DNA from: Podarcis cretensis
Lineage: Eukaryota
Direction of reading: 5' to 3'
DNA: 64,000 nucleotides
Assembly: GCA_951804945.1 (NCBI GenBank)
Contig: OX638155.1
Span: 29,450,001-29,514,000, forward strand
Positions 12,011 through 25,243 of this stretch are shown here, one piece after another. The position numbers were made by a program, and so were the translations under genes. Positions within the stretch are counted from its first letter, which is position 1. Each line of letters starts with the position of its first letter. The notes beneath the pieces are model-generated. The model did no database searches. It was given only the letters and a program-made list of their open reading frames with translations, and was not told the origin of the DNA.

Positions 12011-12421
12011 TGGTATGGGAGATTTAATTTGCATTTAAGGGCCAAACTGCCTAATTCATACTTTCTGAAACATTATGTAAACAGAAAGACAGTTCTCCTT
12101 TGAAATCCGCAGTTCTCCAAATTTTGCAAAGTAGCTCTTGATCCAAGTAATAGGTGAAAAATGCATATTCCAGAGTAAGATAGCCATTAAAAATGCATAC
12201 ATTGGTGAAAATAACAGAGATGCATTATATCAGGTGAAATTGCTGTGTGTGTGTGTATGTAAAATTGCATATAAAATGTGTGCATTAAAAGAAATTCACA
12301 CATTTTAAAACAACGAGAACTCTTAAAAAATCACAAACTGTGAAATGTGAAGAACTGAATTTAAGATTAGAAAAATGAAAAACCTAGAGCAATTGAAACT
12401 GACAAATTCACTAATTCTTAT
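12011..12421 (+). mobile_element. AT-rich non-autonomous DNA element (hAT-Ac-like TAGGGATG family), degenerate
   Basis: Homologous to 44730-45154 (reverse) and 47989-49213; shared aaaatgcatat...ggtgaaaataac motifs. Confidence 0.65.
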
Positions 12422-13621
12422 GGACAATACACATTCCTGGAGCTGTCTTTATTTTTGCAAACAAACAGAATTCCTCATGCCTTTCACTTCAAATGAATAT
12501 TTCACTTTTCTACAAATTATTCTTTTATGCAAATCTCGATCTTGGATGTCTAATCATTATCTGAATTTGGCTTTTGCCGCCCATCCTTCTCTATGTCTCC
12601 CATCTCAGGTAATCAGCATTTCTGTTTATTGAAAACATCTAGCTATCTGAAAACTTAGAATGTGCTCCAGATCATTCAGTTAAATGCTGCTGTGTATATC
12701 ACTAATGCTGCTTTGTACATGGCTAATATTTTCCAAAGCTTCTGACAGCCCAATCCATAACCCCATTTGCCTGGAATGCTAGTATGCATTCTGATTTACT
12801 TCAACGGCCCTAAATCTGTTTAAATTCAAGAATTTGGGATTCACTGGATTTTAGAGTTGCCTGTTCCAAACTCTCAAATAATTTACTTTGCAGCTTGCTC
12901 AATCTATTTATGATGCCATCCTGTATTATGGCCAGAAACATTTTAAAGGAGATGAACAGTTGTCTTCAACCTCATCAGGAAATAGCTATAACTCAGAGGG
13001 AGCTAAATATTCCTCTTTTTACGATCTTGTTTCTAATGGTTCAGCTAAACACCACACTCTTTCAGGTAGAAACTTTTCAGAAAGCCTGTAGGAATCGTAC
13101 CTTTGGAACTCCCTCCCATTACAGATCAAATAAGTTCCATCTAGATTGCCTTTTTGACAACTATTGAGTACCTTCTTTTTCATCAAGCCTTTAGCGAGAT
13201 TTTTTAATCTCAAATTTATCTGAATTGCATTTGAACATGTGTGTGAGTATCACTTTGAGATTTACAGGATGTGATTCATTAATGGAAATAAATAACAAGT
13301 GGTTCTAGTACCAGTTGTCTTTCAAAGAACGTGGTGGAATTCTTAAGACCCACGATATGCTTCTCTTTGGGTCTTTGATCGAATTTAAGAGATTCTGGTT
13401 GTTCTGTTACCAACTCAGGTTCTGAAAAGGCAGGCAAGGCATGATTCCAAGCATTCTTTATGATAGATTGGCATGTGCCAATGTGGGAGACTAGCTATTT
13501 TTATACTTAGATTCTAAAGCTCCAGCAATATTTTGTTTAAAACAGAAAATATCCTGAGGGATTTCCCTGTTTACTGGAGATTAGTACAGAAAGGAAAGAA
13601 AATAATATACAGAATTATAAT

Positions 13622-13713
13622 ATTACATGATCCCTAAGCAAGTTTACTTGGAAGTAAGTCTCACCATGTTCAGTGGTCTTATTCCCATGTAGATATGCAC
13701 AGGGTTGCAGCCT
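13622..13713. repeat. Ancient ~90-bp palindromic repeat (Penelope1_Vert-like)
   Basis: tacttggaagtaagtctcacc..ttcagtgg..cagggttgcagcc; many relatives in the window. Confidence 0.5.
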
Positions 13714-13841
13714 TAAAGAAGAACATTATTAGACCTAAGAAAGTTATTATTGACTATGAGCACAATTACTGAGGAGCATTTCTTCTTCTTCAATGGGGCT
13801 TGCCTAGGAGGTGTCCCTGCCAGACTGAGCCTCCATGTCTT

Positions 13842-14074
13842 CAGGGGTACCTCAGTTTAAGAACAGCCCTATTTACGAACGATTCGGTTTACAAACTCCG
13901 CAAAGCCAGAGATACTGTCCCAGTTTGCGAACTTTACCTCAGCCTAAGAATGGAATATGAATGGTGGAAGGGCACCTGCGGCAGGAAGCCTCATTAGGGA
14001 AAGTGTGCCTTGGTTTAAGAACGGTTTCGGTTTAAGAACGGAATGGATTAAGTTCATAAACCGAGATACCACTG
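13842..14074. mobile_element. Tigger/pogo-like MITE
   Basis: caggggtacctcagttta ... taaaccgagataccactg-TA. Confidence 0.8.
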
Positions 14075-15256
14075 TATATGTCAAATCAACAGAAGTCTGC
14101 TTGGGGAGGGATTTGCTTGCTTTCCTTAAATGCAAAACCATCACGCAATCTGAAGTGTTGAAATGTTAGCATTGTCAGAAAACTAATTATCATATTTTCA
14201 CTTGCACACTTCAGACCTGCTTGCTAATTAATCTCTGTGGACAGGATGCCTATGAATCAAATATTAATGTAAGTAAGATGATATTGGATGAAATGTGTTC
14301 AGTGCCCCACCCTGAGAGCAAATGCAATGGATTGTTTTCTATAGCAAAACCCTGATTTTCATTGAGCTATTTCTTCCAAGCATCTGATGGCAGGCACACC
14401 TGAAAAAATTGTGACTAAAGAAGAATTGTGACTAAATGGTTTTCAATGCAGATTTTCAAGGTTTGTCCATGATCACAAGTGGTCTTCATACAAGACCAGA
14501 AACCCATTTATTTATTTCTAGACCACCATTCAACCAATGGTTCTCAGGGTGGCTAAACAGTTCAGAAAAGCTATTAGGATAGTAGTGCTGAAATTCACAA
14601 TAATTAACACTAACAACTCAAGCTCACAAAGGCTAGACATAAATATAAAAGGGGTATGTTTTTCCAAAACTGTGCCTAAACTAATTTGAGCAGCCTTGCT
14701 GTAATTCTTTTGAGCAGAATCAAGACATGTGTAGTTTATTTTGAGTGGGCTCCCTACTTCAATTCCACTTGCACAACCCTTCGCTTCCACTGACCTTTAT
14801 ATCCCATCCCATTCCCAATGGGGGGGGGGAATGTGTCTTAGAGCTTATGATGGAGAAGCAAGCAGGCATCTCTCATTCCCATTCAATATTCTGGAAAGTG
14901 AAGAAGATGCTATTAGTGTGGTGATGCTGGCAACATCTTTTACCACTAGGGATCATAGTGATTCTTCTACTTCATCCCCACTACATAAATCCCAGTAGGA
15001 AAATATGCTGGCAGAATCGTCCTGCTGGCACAGCTATCTTAACTTTCAAAGCACATGAAAGGCTGGTTTCACTCTCAGGTCAAGCTGTTGGGTGCTTGTA
15101 CACCCACAGCCTAAACATATGTGTTTTCCTTTCTTAAACAAGGAAGGAAAATGAAAAAGAAAAAGAGCATGCTATCCAACACTATGGGAGAAGGGAATTC
15201 CACCATTCTGGAGCTCACACACTAAAAGGCCTGTTCATTTTTTAAATCAACCTAAA

Positions 15257-15805
15257 ATGATCTTTTCCTTCCACTTCTTTATTCTTTCTTTGTTCTTTTT
15301 TTTCCTTTCCCCCGATATCTTATCTTTCATTTCACTGCTTTATTGTATTATTTTTTATAATAATATTTATTAAAGTTTCAAAAAAATTACAAAAATGAAA
15401 AAAGAAAAAGAAAACAAAAAATACAAAGTACAGAAAAAGTAAAAAAGCAATTAAAAACATTTCAATCTTTCCATGTCTTGTCTTTCATTTACTTATTTCC
15501 CTGACCTCCTCACACCTCCCTCTTTTGTATTCTAGTTCAATAGTTGTTTCAGCAAGTCCTTACCCTTTTTGCATTTATCTTGATACTTTATCGTAATATA
15601 TTATAACTTTACATTTTTACATTATTGTAAACAGCATTTTATAGAGGTATAAATAACTGTAAATATGAAAAGAGACAAAACTTTCTCTAACTGTTTTTCC
15701 TTGGTTAGATGCATTTTCTCTTTCTTTTGTATTTTCTTTTGCTGTGAATATGTATGTTTTTTAAATTTGTACTTAATAAAATTATTTTAAAAATAATGAT
15801 AATAA
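15257..15805. mobile_element. L1-type 3'UTR insertion(s) bounded by a 14-bp TSD
   Basis: taaatcaacctaaa at 15243-15256 and 15806-15819. AATAAA and an A-rich tail at the right end; a minus-strand L1-like 3' end at ~15348-15621. Confidence 0.65.
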
Positions 15806-15924
15806 TAAATCAACCTAAAGTCAGTAAGCACTGAAATTCAGAGCAGGACTTAAAGCCTTAAAGCCTGGGAAGAACAGTAGCTCATCGTGAAGAAGATACT
15901 CAAAATCAAAATCATGACCTATGA

Positions 15925-16703
15925 GAACTGGTGCCTGGATGCAGTGGTGGACTGGGTGAGGTCCAATAAACTGTGTTTTAATCCTGGGGAGATCGAGGCT
16001 CTTTGAGTAGGTGGTTGTCTGCATGTTTGGGAAATTGGCAAGTCACCTGTTCTGGTTGCACTCCCTTTGAAGCAGCAAGGGCATAGTTTGGGGGCACTCT
16101 TGGATACTTTATCAATAGGGGCCCAAATGTCCTCTATGGCCAGGAGTGCCTTTTACCAGCTTTGTCTGGTTTGCCAACTATGACCATTCCTAGACAGGGA
16201 TAGCCTGACTGTAGTCCAAGGCTGGCCCACTCATGAGTCAAGGTGAGACAACTGCTTCAGGCACCAGGAGCCACAACGGCAGCAGATTCTGATGTCAATC
16301 TTTATTGCTCCTTTGTGCCTGATGCAGAACTTCACTCATTCCTTCTTCTTTGGCATGGAGGGGGTGCCATTTTGTGGTTCACCTCAGGTGCTAAAATGTC
16401 TTGGACCAGCCCTGCTGTAGTGCTGTAGTCCATGCATTGGTTACCTTGAGGCTAGATATCTGTAACACACTCTATGTGGAGCTGCCCTTTGGCTTGGTTT
16501 GGAAGCTCCAGCTGGTGCAGAATGCTGAAACCAGATTGCCAGTGGGAGTTTCTGATCAAGAATATGAGACACCAAAACACCTGCACTGGTGGCCCATCTG
16601 CTACCAAGCCAGGTTCAAGGGTCCTGTATTGATTTACAAAGCCCTGAACAACTTAGCTCTGGGATACCTCAGGGATCGCCTGAACCCTTATATTCTAGCA
16701 TGA
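15925..16703 (+). mobile_element. L2 LINE ORF2 fragment
   Basis: VVHALVTLRLDICNTLY..LP...KLQLVQNA..RL...LHWWPI...YKALN: L2 C-terminal motifs. Confidence 0.88.
16217..16414. mobile_element. hAT-type MITE inside the L2
   Basis: TIR caaggctggccca / tggaccagccctg; 8-bp TSD ctgtagt(c/g). Confidence 0.75.
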
Positions 16704-16871
16704 AGGAGGCATGATCAAAACCTTTAATATGTCGTGTTTCTATGCATGTCATCTCCCTCAGGTTTCCTTCTGTCATACATATCTAATTCAACCTTGAGAA
16801 ATGGAATGGAATGAGTAGCCACTGGGTACAAGTCACACCTCATGCAGCCCAAATAGGTGAATTATCCTGTG

Positions 16872-17314
16872 TGTCAGGGACTGGACTGAAGAGGAATGGT
16901 GGAGGCCGCCGCCCCCTCCTCCTGAACCTTCCTAAGAAGAGGAGGACAGTATAATTACAATGGTGGTTTGCAGAAGGTCATGACTCTGAGACAGAAAAAG
17001 GACAAAGCTGGGAGATAATGGAAAGAGAGGTGGGGGGAGCAGCAGAGCCAGAACTGCTTGCTGACACGTTATCATTAGAAAGCATTCCAGACCCCTCCCT
17101 TCTTCTAGGACCAGTGAGAGAGCAGAAAGCAAACAGACAAAGGGCCTTACGCAGCCAAGTGGTGGAGGAGATTACTCAGAGCAACGCCATTACTGCAATG
17201 GAGAGGCACTTTTCAAAGCCTCTATCTATGAATATTGAATAAAGGACTTGGTAAGAACTCTTATTGTTATCGACTTCCTACTGTGGGAGGGATCGGATTC
17301 CCTGAAGCCTGTCA
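16872..17314 (+). mobile_element. Solo LTR (Gypsy-like)
   Basis: TGtcagg...cctgtCA ends, AATAAA near 17238, 5-bp TSD ctg(t/a)g. Confidence 0.75.
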
Positions 17315-18258
17315 CTGAGTAGTTTACTGGCATGCTGTTCCTGTTGTAACTTTGCACTAATGTTTTCTTTCATACCTATTCATCCTTCAGTAGCATATAT
17401 TGCCCCCTTCCCATTTTTCTCTAAATCCATGTCCCACCAGGGCCCTATCCTTTTATCACCTTGATCTGAGCATGCATCTGCACCCCATTTCGCAAAGTCC
17501 TGCAGCACCAGGCCTCACTTTCTAATCCAGAAATGGGGGAGGGGACCAATTTAGCATATAATTGTTGACCAGTAGATGCAATCAATGGGTCTCCCCTTCT
17601 TTGGGCTTGGCTGCCTTTAGCATCAGCACTGGCAACGGCTACATGTTCTCCCAGGTATGCTTGCTGCCTCCACCACTGGAACAAATCTTTCATTTGCCCA
17701 ACAGACAGGCAGGCCCTGATCAAAAGCTATTAGCTCATGTCAACAGAACGTCCCATTAATTACTGCAGAGGAGAGAGAAAATGACAGAAGAGTGCGTTTC
17801 TCCTTTGCCACCACTCAAAGTGCTCTGGTGAAACAGTTTGCATATATGCCTAAGTATTGTGGAAATTAACACCTCCCTTCCAGGTATGGGAATCAGAAGG
17901 CTGACAAGACGACAATTAATTAGGTTCTTCTGCATCACTGCTTCTACATAATTAATGTGCTCATTATGGATTTTCAAGTATCTTTTTTTTTTTCAAGGAT
18001 CACCAGCAAATTTTAGAAACCTAAATGTTCCTAACATTTTCATAGTTTTCCTTAAATTTAAATGAGTGGCAAGCAATGAAAATATCTCCATCGACATCAA
18101 GTTCACAAAATCCCCCCCCCAAACAAAACCCCGTTCTGTTTCACCATGACATTTCATTTTGCCAGAGTTTGTAGTGTGGAACGGCTGCACATTGTATTGG
18201 ATATCATGTGGCAAAGTGAAGGATGCTGTGAGCAGCTCCTGAGAGCTGTTGCTTGCTG

Positions 18259-18286
18259 ACACACACACACACACACACACACACAC
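18259..18286. repeat. (AC)14 microsatellite
   Basis: Visible directly. Confidence 0.95.
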
Positions 18287-18789
18287 TCATATTTATTTTT
18301 CTTCCACTGACATAGTACCATGCAATCATCTGATCTGGGGATGCAGGAATCAATGGCTTGGAGTATTTTATATACCCATTTTTAAGCCATGTTTTATTCT
18401 GTTCCCTTCCTTATTATTCATAAAATAGGAAATCATGCCACCAACATAGGACTGTGCAGAGTCAAACAGCAGCTGCATTCTGCAAGACTGTTTCCATTAG
18501 GTTACTGGTGGGCAACATTCATTCTTCATTATGATAATTGATTAAAGTAGTCCTTTGTGTGTGCACATCTGTTAAAATGTTTTTTAAACTTCCTAACATG
18601 TTTTATGGGCAAATGAATCTTGTTTTTTGTCCAGCCTGCATTTAATTTTCTTCTCCTAATCTCTATTTTCCCTTATACACAGATGTAAAAAAAAGGAGAA
18701 GTGTTTGTAGATTTTGAACCAAGAATTTAATGGCAGAGATCTTTGCCACACCGGTCTAGTTAATTCCAGGTGCCACTCAAAGCTACTCT

Positions 18790-20060
18790 CCCACCTCTTA
18801 AAGATATTCACTTTTTCTGATTACTGGGCCACAGGGAAATGAAAGTTAATATTAGTGGCTGATTGTTTATAATCATGGTTTTCATTTTCTTTTCCTTGCC
18901 CCCCCCTTTCCTTACTTTTAAGGGGTGAGTGTCACTGTTTATATAGCAAAGATGGCAGCATGCTTGAGGGAACCCAAAGGGCAAACCCTTCTCTACATTG
19001 TGCCTGGCACCATGTTGGTGTGTGACTTTCGTTGCTTTGCTTGGATCAAAATGCCTTTGCCCCATGCCTATGTCCCATGATTGAAAAGGGAAACCATTTA
19101 GTTCAGCTAACAAGAAAATCATATGGTTTTTCTATAAGGTTGCATATTCAGCAAATACATTTCCTACGCTGCTGCAAAAATTAAAGGAAAATAACCAAAT
19201 GATTTATTTTTTTTTAAAAGGGTAATATTTTTTGCTCTACATTATTTTTGCATAGCTTTATTTTTTGATTCTAAATTATTTGTAATACTTTATTCAGTTG
19301 TGATGGCATTCCTTTTCTAATTTCTTTTTGCAAAGTGGTGAAATCCATAAATAAAGATTGACTGCACTTGGCAAGGCATTGCATTCTTTATTTTTAGGGT
19401 TTCGGTTTTTCTCTGCAAATATCACTGCTAGGAGCCTGGTGTGCTCTCTCCCTCCCTCCCTCCCTCCCCTCCCTCCCTCCCTCTCTTAAACAAAAGCTGG
19501 AGTGCACCATTGGCAGCAAAAGAGAGAAAAATGCAATAGAAAAATTAGTACCCTGTCTGGATACTTGCATGGAACATGCCCAACATAGATTTGGAGGACC
19601 CATTTATTAAGTTCTCCAAATCCTTGAAAAGCCATATTGAATTTATTGGACTTGATTATCACAAGGATATCTCTTGCAACTGAATGATGGAAGGCAACAT
19701 TAGATCCTTTCCAAAGCAAGGATTTTGCCCTTAACTATTAACAGGTAATTAATGCATTATGGAGGAGGAATAAATAGGTGGCAATTAAATAACATATATT
19801 AATGACTTATTTATTAACATATTAACAAGTTGGCCTGAGAGTAATAAATGCAAATTAGTGTAAAGTGCCAAAAATTGTGTCGATAATAGGCCCCCAAGTA
19901 ATTTTGTGTGTTCAACCTAATTACAAATATATTTTCTTTTCAAAAAAATTACTGCCGGCTAATTTTTTATCGTTTGCTATAATATCATTTTAGAATTAGA
20001 AAATTAGCCCTAGTCTCATGAATCAGTCTCATTTCCAGGAGCAATTGTCCTGTTAACTTT
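18790..20060. promoter_or_regulatory. Candidate conserved non-coding enhancer block
   Basis: Free of interspersed repeats, dense TAAT/ATTA sites, octamer ATGCAAAT at 19848-19855. Function is inferred from locus context only. Confidence 0.4.
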
Positions 20061-20568
20061 GAGGAGGCAACGTTCAAGCCATATCGTTCAAGGATTTCAA
20101 AGAAACTGAGTTGGAAATTCTGCATACATGAAGAGCTTATGCTTTGAATTGAGGCACTGATATTTTCAGGTTCATCTCAGTGTTTTCATTGGACAAAGTT
20201 ACTCCCAAGAAAATTATATGATAAGACTTACTAGGAACTCCATGGAACCAAATGAGATTCAGTTCCAACAAAAGTGCTTAGGATCCAGCTGGATGCACTT
20301 GCATGACTTCCCTTCAGCCAAGGTGCAACTGCATATGAGAATGGAGACGGGGAGAAGTCAAGATGGCAGCAAGGTTTTGCATGGTGCAAACATACCAGCA
20401 GGAGCACTGGATTGACGCCACCAGTGCATTTGCAGCACCGTGACTGCACCACTGCCTCAATCCTTCCCTTCTCTGTCCAAGTATGCAGCAGTGGCAGTCC
20501 AAATGTTGCTGGATGGACTTCAGCACTTATCAGCCCCAGCCAACTTTGCCAGTATTTTGGGATAATGG

Positions 20569-20943
20569 GATGCTTTTGAATTACAGTGCTGAAGGAGATT
20601 CTTGAGAGTCCCATGGACTGCAAGAAGATCAAACCTATCCATTCTGAAGGAAATCAGCCCTGAGTGCTCACTGGAAGGACAGATCGTGAAGCTGAGGCTC
20701 CAGTACTTTGGCCACCTCATGAGAAGAGAAGACTCCCCGGAAAAGACCCTGATGTTTGGAAAGATGGAGGGCACAAGGAGAAGGGGACGACAGAGGATGA
20801 GATGGTTGGACAGTGTTCTTGAAGCTACCAAAATGAGTTTGACCAAACTGCAGGAGGCAGTGGAAGACAGGAGTGCCTGGCGTGCTCTGGTCCATGGGGT
20901 CACAAAGAGTCGGACATTGTTAAACAACTAAACAACAAAAACA
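20569..20943 (+). mobile_element. Bov-B LINE 3' fragment
   Basis: ORF 20602..20931 RVPWTARRSNLSILKEISPECSLEG...; CAA-type tail; inserted in a degenerate hAT MITE (~20485-20972). Confidence 0.95.
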
Positions 20944-21136
20944 TTAGGAGGGTCGCAGCTTCCCCATCACTGTTCAAGGTGTCGATACCTGTAACAGCCT
21001 TGGGAACTGGTAGACAACCTAGCTACTTTTCATGTGACATGAAGATGTATGAATGGGGAATTAAATGCCACAGTTCAGGCATGCTGACAAATGAAGGTCA
21101 TATATGTTTAGGGTTACTCCATGATATGCATCACAG

Positions 21137-21230
21137 TGAGACTGCAACCCTACAGACACTTACCTGGGACTAAGTTCCATTGAACTCAGTGGGACTCACA
21201 TCTGAGTAGGCATGAGGACAATTACAGTTT
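21137..21230. repeat. Ancient palindromic repeat (Penelope1_Vert-like)
   Basis: ctgcaaccct...cacttacctgggactaagttccattgaactcagtgggact. Confidence 0.55.
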
Positions 21231-22183
21231 AAATGAATTTCGTCTCGAACTGAAATCCCATTCGATATTCACCTCATTCACCAACAATTAGAACACAAAT
21301 ACATTTGTAGACATGCAATCTATGTACTTCAAAATATTATTATCCCATTGTTGCTAATGAAGGTCCTAAGGCACACATTGATTAAATGTATACATTTCCA
21401 TGGGGGAATAATTAGATCAATGATATAAAATTCATTGTCCCATTATTTAATTGCAAGGGTGAATCATGAATACAACTTCTAAAATTTGGTTTAATGAAAA
21501 ACACTTCATCCTGACCTAATCATATCAACCTTATGCTATCTAATTAAGGATGTAAAAAAATTAGAGTTGCAAAATATGACTTCCAGTTCCAGCTGCTAGC
21601 TGCCCATTTATTAATATATATTCTCTAAAAAATAAAAAAAACCCTTTTTATAAATACTTAATGATGGGAATGTGACAACATTTGCATGTTGGCAAATTAC
21701 TTTAATAGAGTGATTCTTGACTACAGAAAGTGACCTTTTTTCCTATTTAATGGATGGCTAAAAATACTTTTGAAAATTATGGTATGGCTGTCTTTCTGCC
21801 AATGACAAATTGCTTGTCTGAACAATGTAAAAATTATGAAATAGAAAAGCCTTAAATTCTCATTATACTGTAAATGTATCCTCGACTGCTGCATTTATCA
21901 GTTTAATAAAAGGAAATTAAGCATATTTTAAAATATGCCGTTACAAGACAATTTTTTAAATCTAGAGAATAAAAATCAGAAGCAAGCAGATAAGGATAAG
22001 AAATTATGCAGAGACACAGTAAAATCCCACTGAAATCAACAAGGCATGACGTGTAACCCTATACAGAAGTCCAATTGGATCAAATAGGACTGACTTCCAG
22101 GTAAGTGTGCACAGGATTGCAGCCTGAACTACTTAATTACTTGCTCATATTCCACTGATTAGTCCTTGCCTAACTCTATTTCA

Positions 22184-22533
22184 GGGACGCGGGTGGCACT
22201 GTGGGTTAAACCACAGAGCCTAGGACTTGCCGATCAGAAGGTTGGCGGTTCGAATCCCCTCGACAGGGTGAGCTCCCGTTGCTCGGTCCCTGCTCCTGCC
22301 AACCTAGCAGTTCGAAAGCATGTCAAAGTACAAGTAGATAAATAGGTACCGCTCCGGTGGGAAGGTAAACGGTGTTTCCATGCGCTGCTCTGGTTCGCCA
22401 GAAGCGGCTTAGTCATGCTGGCCACATGACCCGGAAGCTATACGCCGGCTCCCTCGGCCAGTAAAGCGAGATGAGCGCCGCAACCCCAGAGTCGGTCACG
22501 ACTGGACCTAATGGTCAGGGATCCCTTTACCTT
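22184..22533 (+). mobile_element. Sauria SINE, subfamily I
   Basis: Full length; 14-bp TSD taactctatttcag (22171-22184 and 22534-22547). Confidence 0.96.
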
Positions 22534-22906
22534 TAACTCTATTTCAGATTTGGCAGTTATTCGCCTCACTCTCAGCCAAATCCCAATATTTAATATATAA
22601 ATTAAGCTGGTCTTGTCCACACGACACCCACAGTCCCCTTACTGGTGTTTCGTTGGTTTAAAATCCACCAGCCTTGGTTCAGCACTCCAGAGCCCACTGT
22701 TTCTCATGGAAGGAAGCGACCTCTTTTGTTACCTGTAGACAGGTGCAACAATTCTAGGGGGCGAAGGTGTCATCAGCACCATCAATATTCCTTATCAGGG
22801 GGCCCAAGTTTGAGAGGGCAGAGGAGGCCAAACCAACAAGCCAAGTGAGGCATAGAATCAAAGGCAGGCTCCTCCTGACGGCAAAAGAGGAAGGGCTGCG
22901 GCCATT

Positions 22907-23047
22907 GATAAGAACAGAAATCGGGCTCCGGCGGCACGGCGGCAGCAGGAGGCCCCATTAGCTAAAGTGGTGCTTCAGGTTAAGAACAGTTTCAGGTTGA
23001 GTATGGACCTCCGGAACAAGTTAAGTACTTAACCCAAGGTACCACTG
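22907..23047. mobile_element. Tigger-like MITE, one end only
   Basis: Matches the right half of 3778-3982; ends aggtaccactg-TA. Confidence 0.85.
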
Positions 23048-24919
23048 TATCAGGGGAGGGTCTCAAGGTACAGAGAAGGGAAGGATTCAAAGAAGGAATG
23101 TGAACAAAAGGGAGAACACTGTGGATGCTGATAGAGCTTTGTTCGGTGCTTTCGACCTCAGTGCTTTCCAATGCTCCAGAAACACAGATTTCCACAGTGT
23201 CTGTTCAGGAACATCACACAATGGATTGCTTCCAAATAAGACCTAGTCATGCATTATTGAGCACAATAATCAAGCTGCCCTGGGAAGCTGTGAAGGATGG
23301 GATATAAATCAATAAAATAAATACAAGGAAGGAACAGAAAAGGTCAAGATCAGTGTCCATAGATTTGTAATGATGTAAATAGATTCGTCCTCCAGACTAG
23401 AGAAGGTTCCAGAGCTGTGCTCTGTTCTGGGGAAAGTTCATCTGAGATGGATTTCCTAACAGAATTTCTTTCAAATTTCCATCTTGGTTGTGAGTCCTGG
23501 AAGTCATGATGCCTTCTTTGCAGGCACTTGGATTGTGATAAGGTAAGTTTGCCCATCACTAATATATACCACTCACAGAACTATCATTACATACAAAACA
23601 GAAATAAGGTTTAATATGATTGGTTTAATAAGAGAAGATGGTTCTTATTGGGGATTTTGTTGCCCTTCAGATGACAGATGCTGAACTGTAGCTAATGCTA
23701 GTCCTACTCAGAGTAGATCCATTGAAATTAATGAACATCCATAGTTGGATGCAACCCAGTGGTTGTATTGTGATCTAAACTGAAGTTGGCTGACCGGGCT
23801 TGAATTTCCTGGCTTCATTTTGCTCCTCTCTTAAAAATATGGACATCCTTGAACTCTCTTATAATCTCCTAGATCTTTCCTAGAAAGAAACTGAGTGCAT
23901 ACTGAGTTTATTCTGAAAGAGGTTAAAGTCCTTTGTCAGGCAAATATGTGGGGAAAGCATTTCCTAAAGATAAAATTTCCCCTGAAGGTAGAAAGTTTGA
24001 AAACTACCACAATCTCCTGTTACATACCAGGTGCTAAATACTGACAAATGCTGATTTCTACAAATGTTGATGGTCAGATATTAAACATTTAAACCAGATA
24101 TCAATGGACTTCAAATTCCAAATACTAAAATATTCATCGAATATTTGAGCATTGAGAGAGCATCCAGAGAATATTAAGCCCCCAAATTCACAAAGGAGAA
24201 TTTCAGGCACTAATGACTTCACAAACGGCTAAGTGTACAGTATCTGCTTGTTCAATTGACACATTCACCTTTTTATTATGTTTTCCAGGGTCAAAACTCT
24301 CATTGAGAAAGAAACTGGAAAATAATTAGAACAGCACCAGATGTTTATAGCAGTGACAAGTGAGGCCATATATTTATACAAACTGCTGATCTTTCTCAGT
24401 TAAAGCTTTACAGACTTTGCATCCTTTTAGCTGCAGTGCTATTTCATTAGACAGAATCCCCACATTTACTAGTTTTTCACTCCTACTGCCTCCTTATTAA
24501 CCAGCCAAATAATGGAAATGCCACTGTCCCACCTAACCCACCAACAAATTTCTGGGCTGGTCTACATGTTTGGGGGATTTCCTGAAAACTGAAACCTTTC
24601 ACAGGTTCACTTAACTACTTTAACATTGTGGCCCAGTGCATCTCCGATAAAAGTCCAACTGAGGTGAGTTAGACTTACTACCAGGTAAGTGTGTGTTGAT
24701 CTATAGTAAGTGGACTATGAAGTGGCCTCCTTGAGCCAGTTTCCTCTCCCATGTCCTGATTCCTGATAAATGCCTTTAGGTGATTCTCCCTGACCAGATC
24801 TCAGAGTCAGTTCAGTGGTTAGCTTGTCCTCATCATGCCTTTTAATGCCGTTGGTCTTAATAATGGATATTTCACTGACTAATTTATAAACCCAGTTTCT
24901 GAACTTTCATAATATACTA

Positions 24920-25086
24920 CTGTATTTACGAGAATCTAATATTCCTTCGAATCTAATGCGCACCTCAACTTTCAAAACCTTGAAACCAAAAAAGTATTTG
25001 CTGGCACCATCAAATCTAATGTGCATCCTAATTTTTGTGACGTAGTTTGGCCAAGAAAGATGTGCATTACATTCGAGTAAATACAG
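24920..25086. mobile_element. Tc2/pogo-like MITE
   Basis: TA-ctgtatttacgagaatctaat / attacattcgagtaaatacag-TA. Confidence 0.8.
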
Positions 25087-25243
25087 TATGTGGATCGGGT
25101 CAGTTCATACCAGAATTAACAAATGAATTCCTCAAACATCCCTATATTATTCAAAGATGAATCAACTTTTAATGAAAAAAGAAGTTAAAGATACCCCTGA
25201 ACTAACATGCTGCAAAGCTCTGATGGTATATTATTCTACTCAC

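Noticed and set aside
12888-13091. Plus-strand 67-aa ORF with a possible acceptor at 12893
   Set aside because: Weak donor, no recognisable homology, no partner exons, antisense to OFCC1.
20520-20931. Overlapping ORFs on both strands (also 35455-35844 and 2030-2380)
   Set aside because: Sense and antisense frames of truncated Bov-B copies, not host genes.
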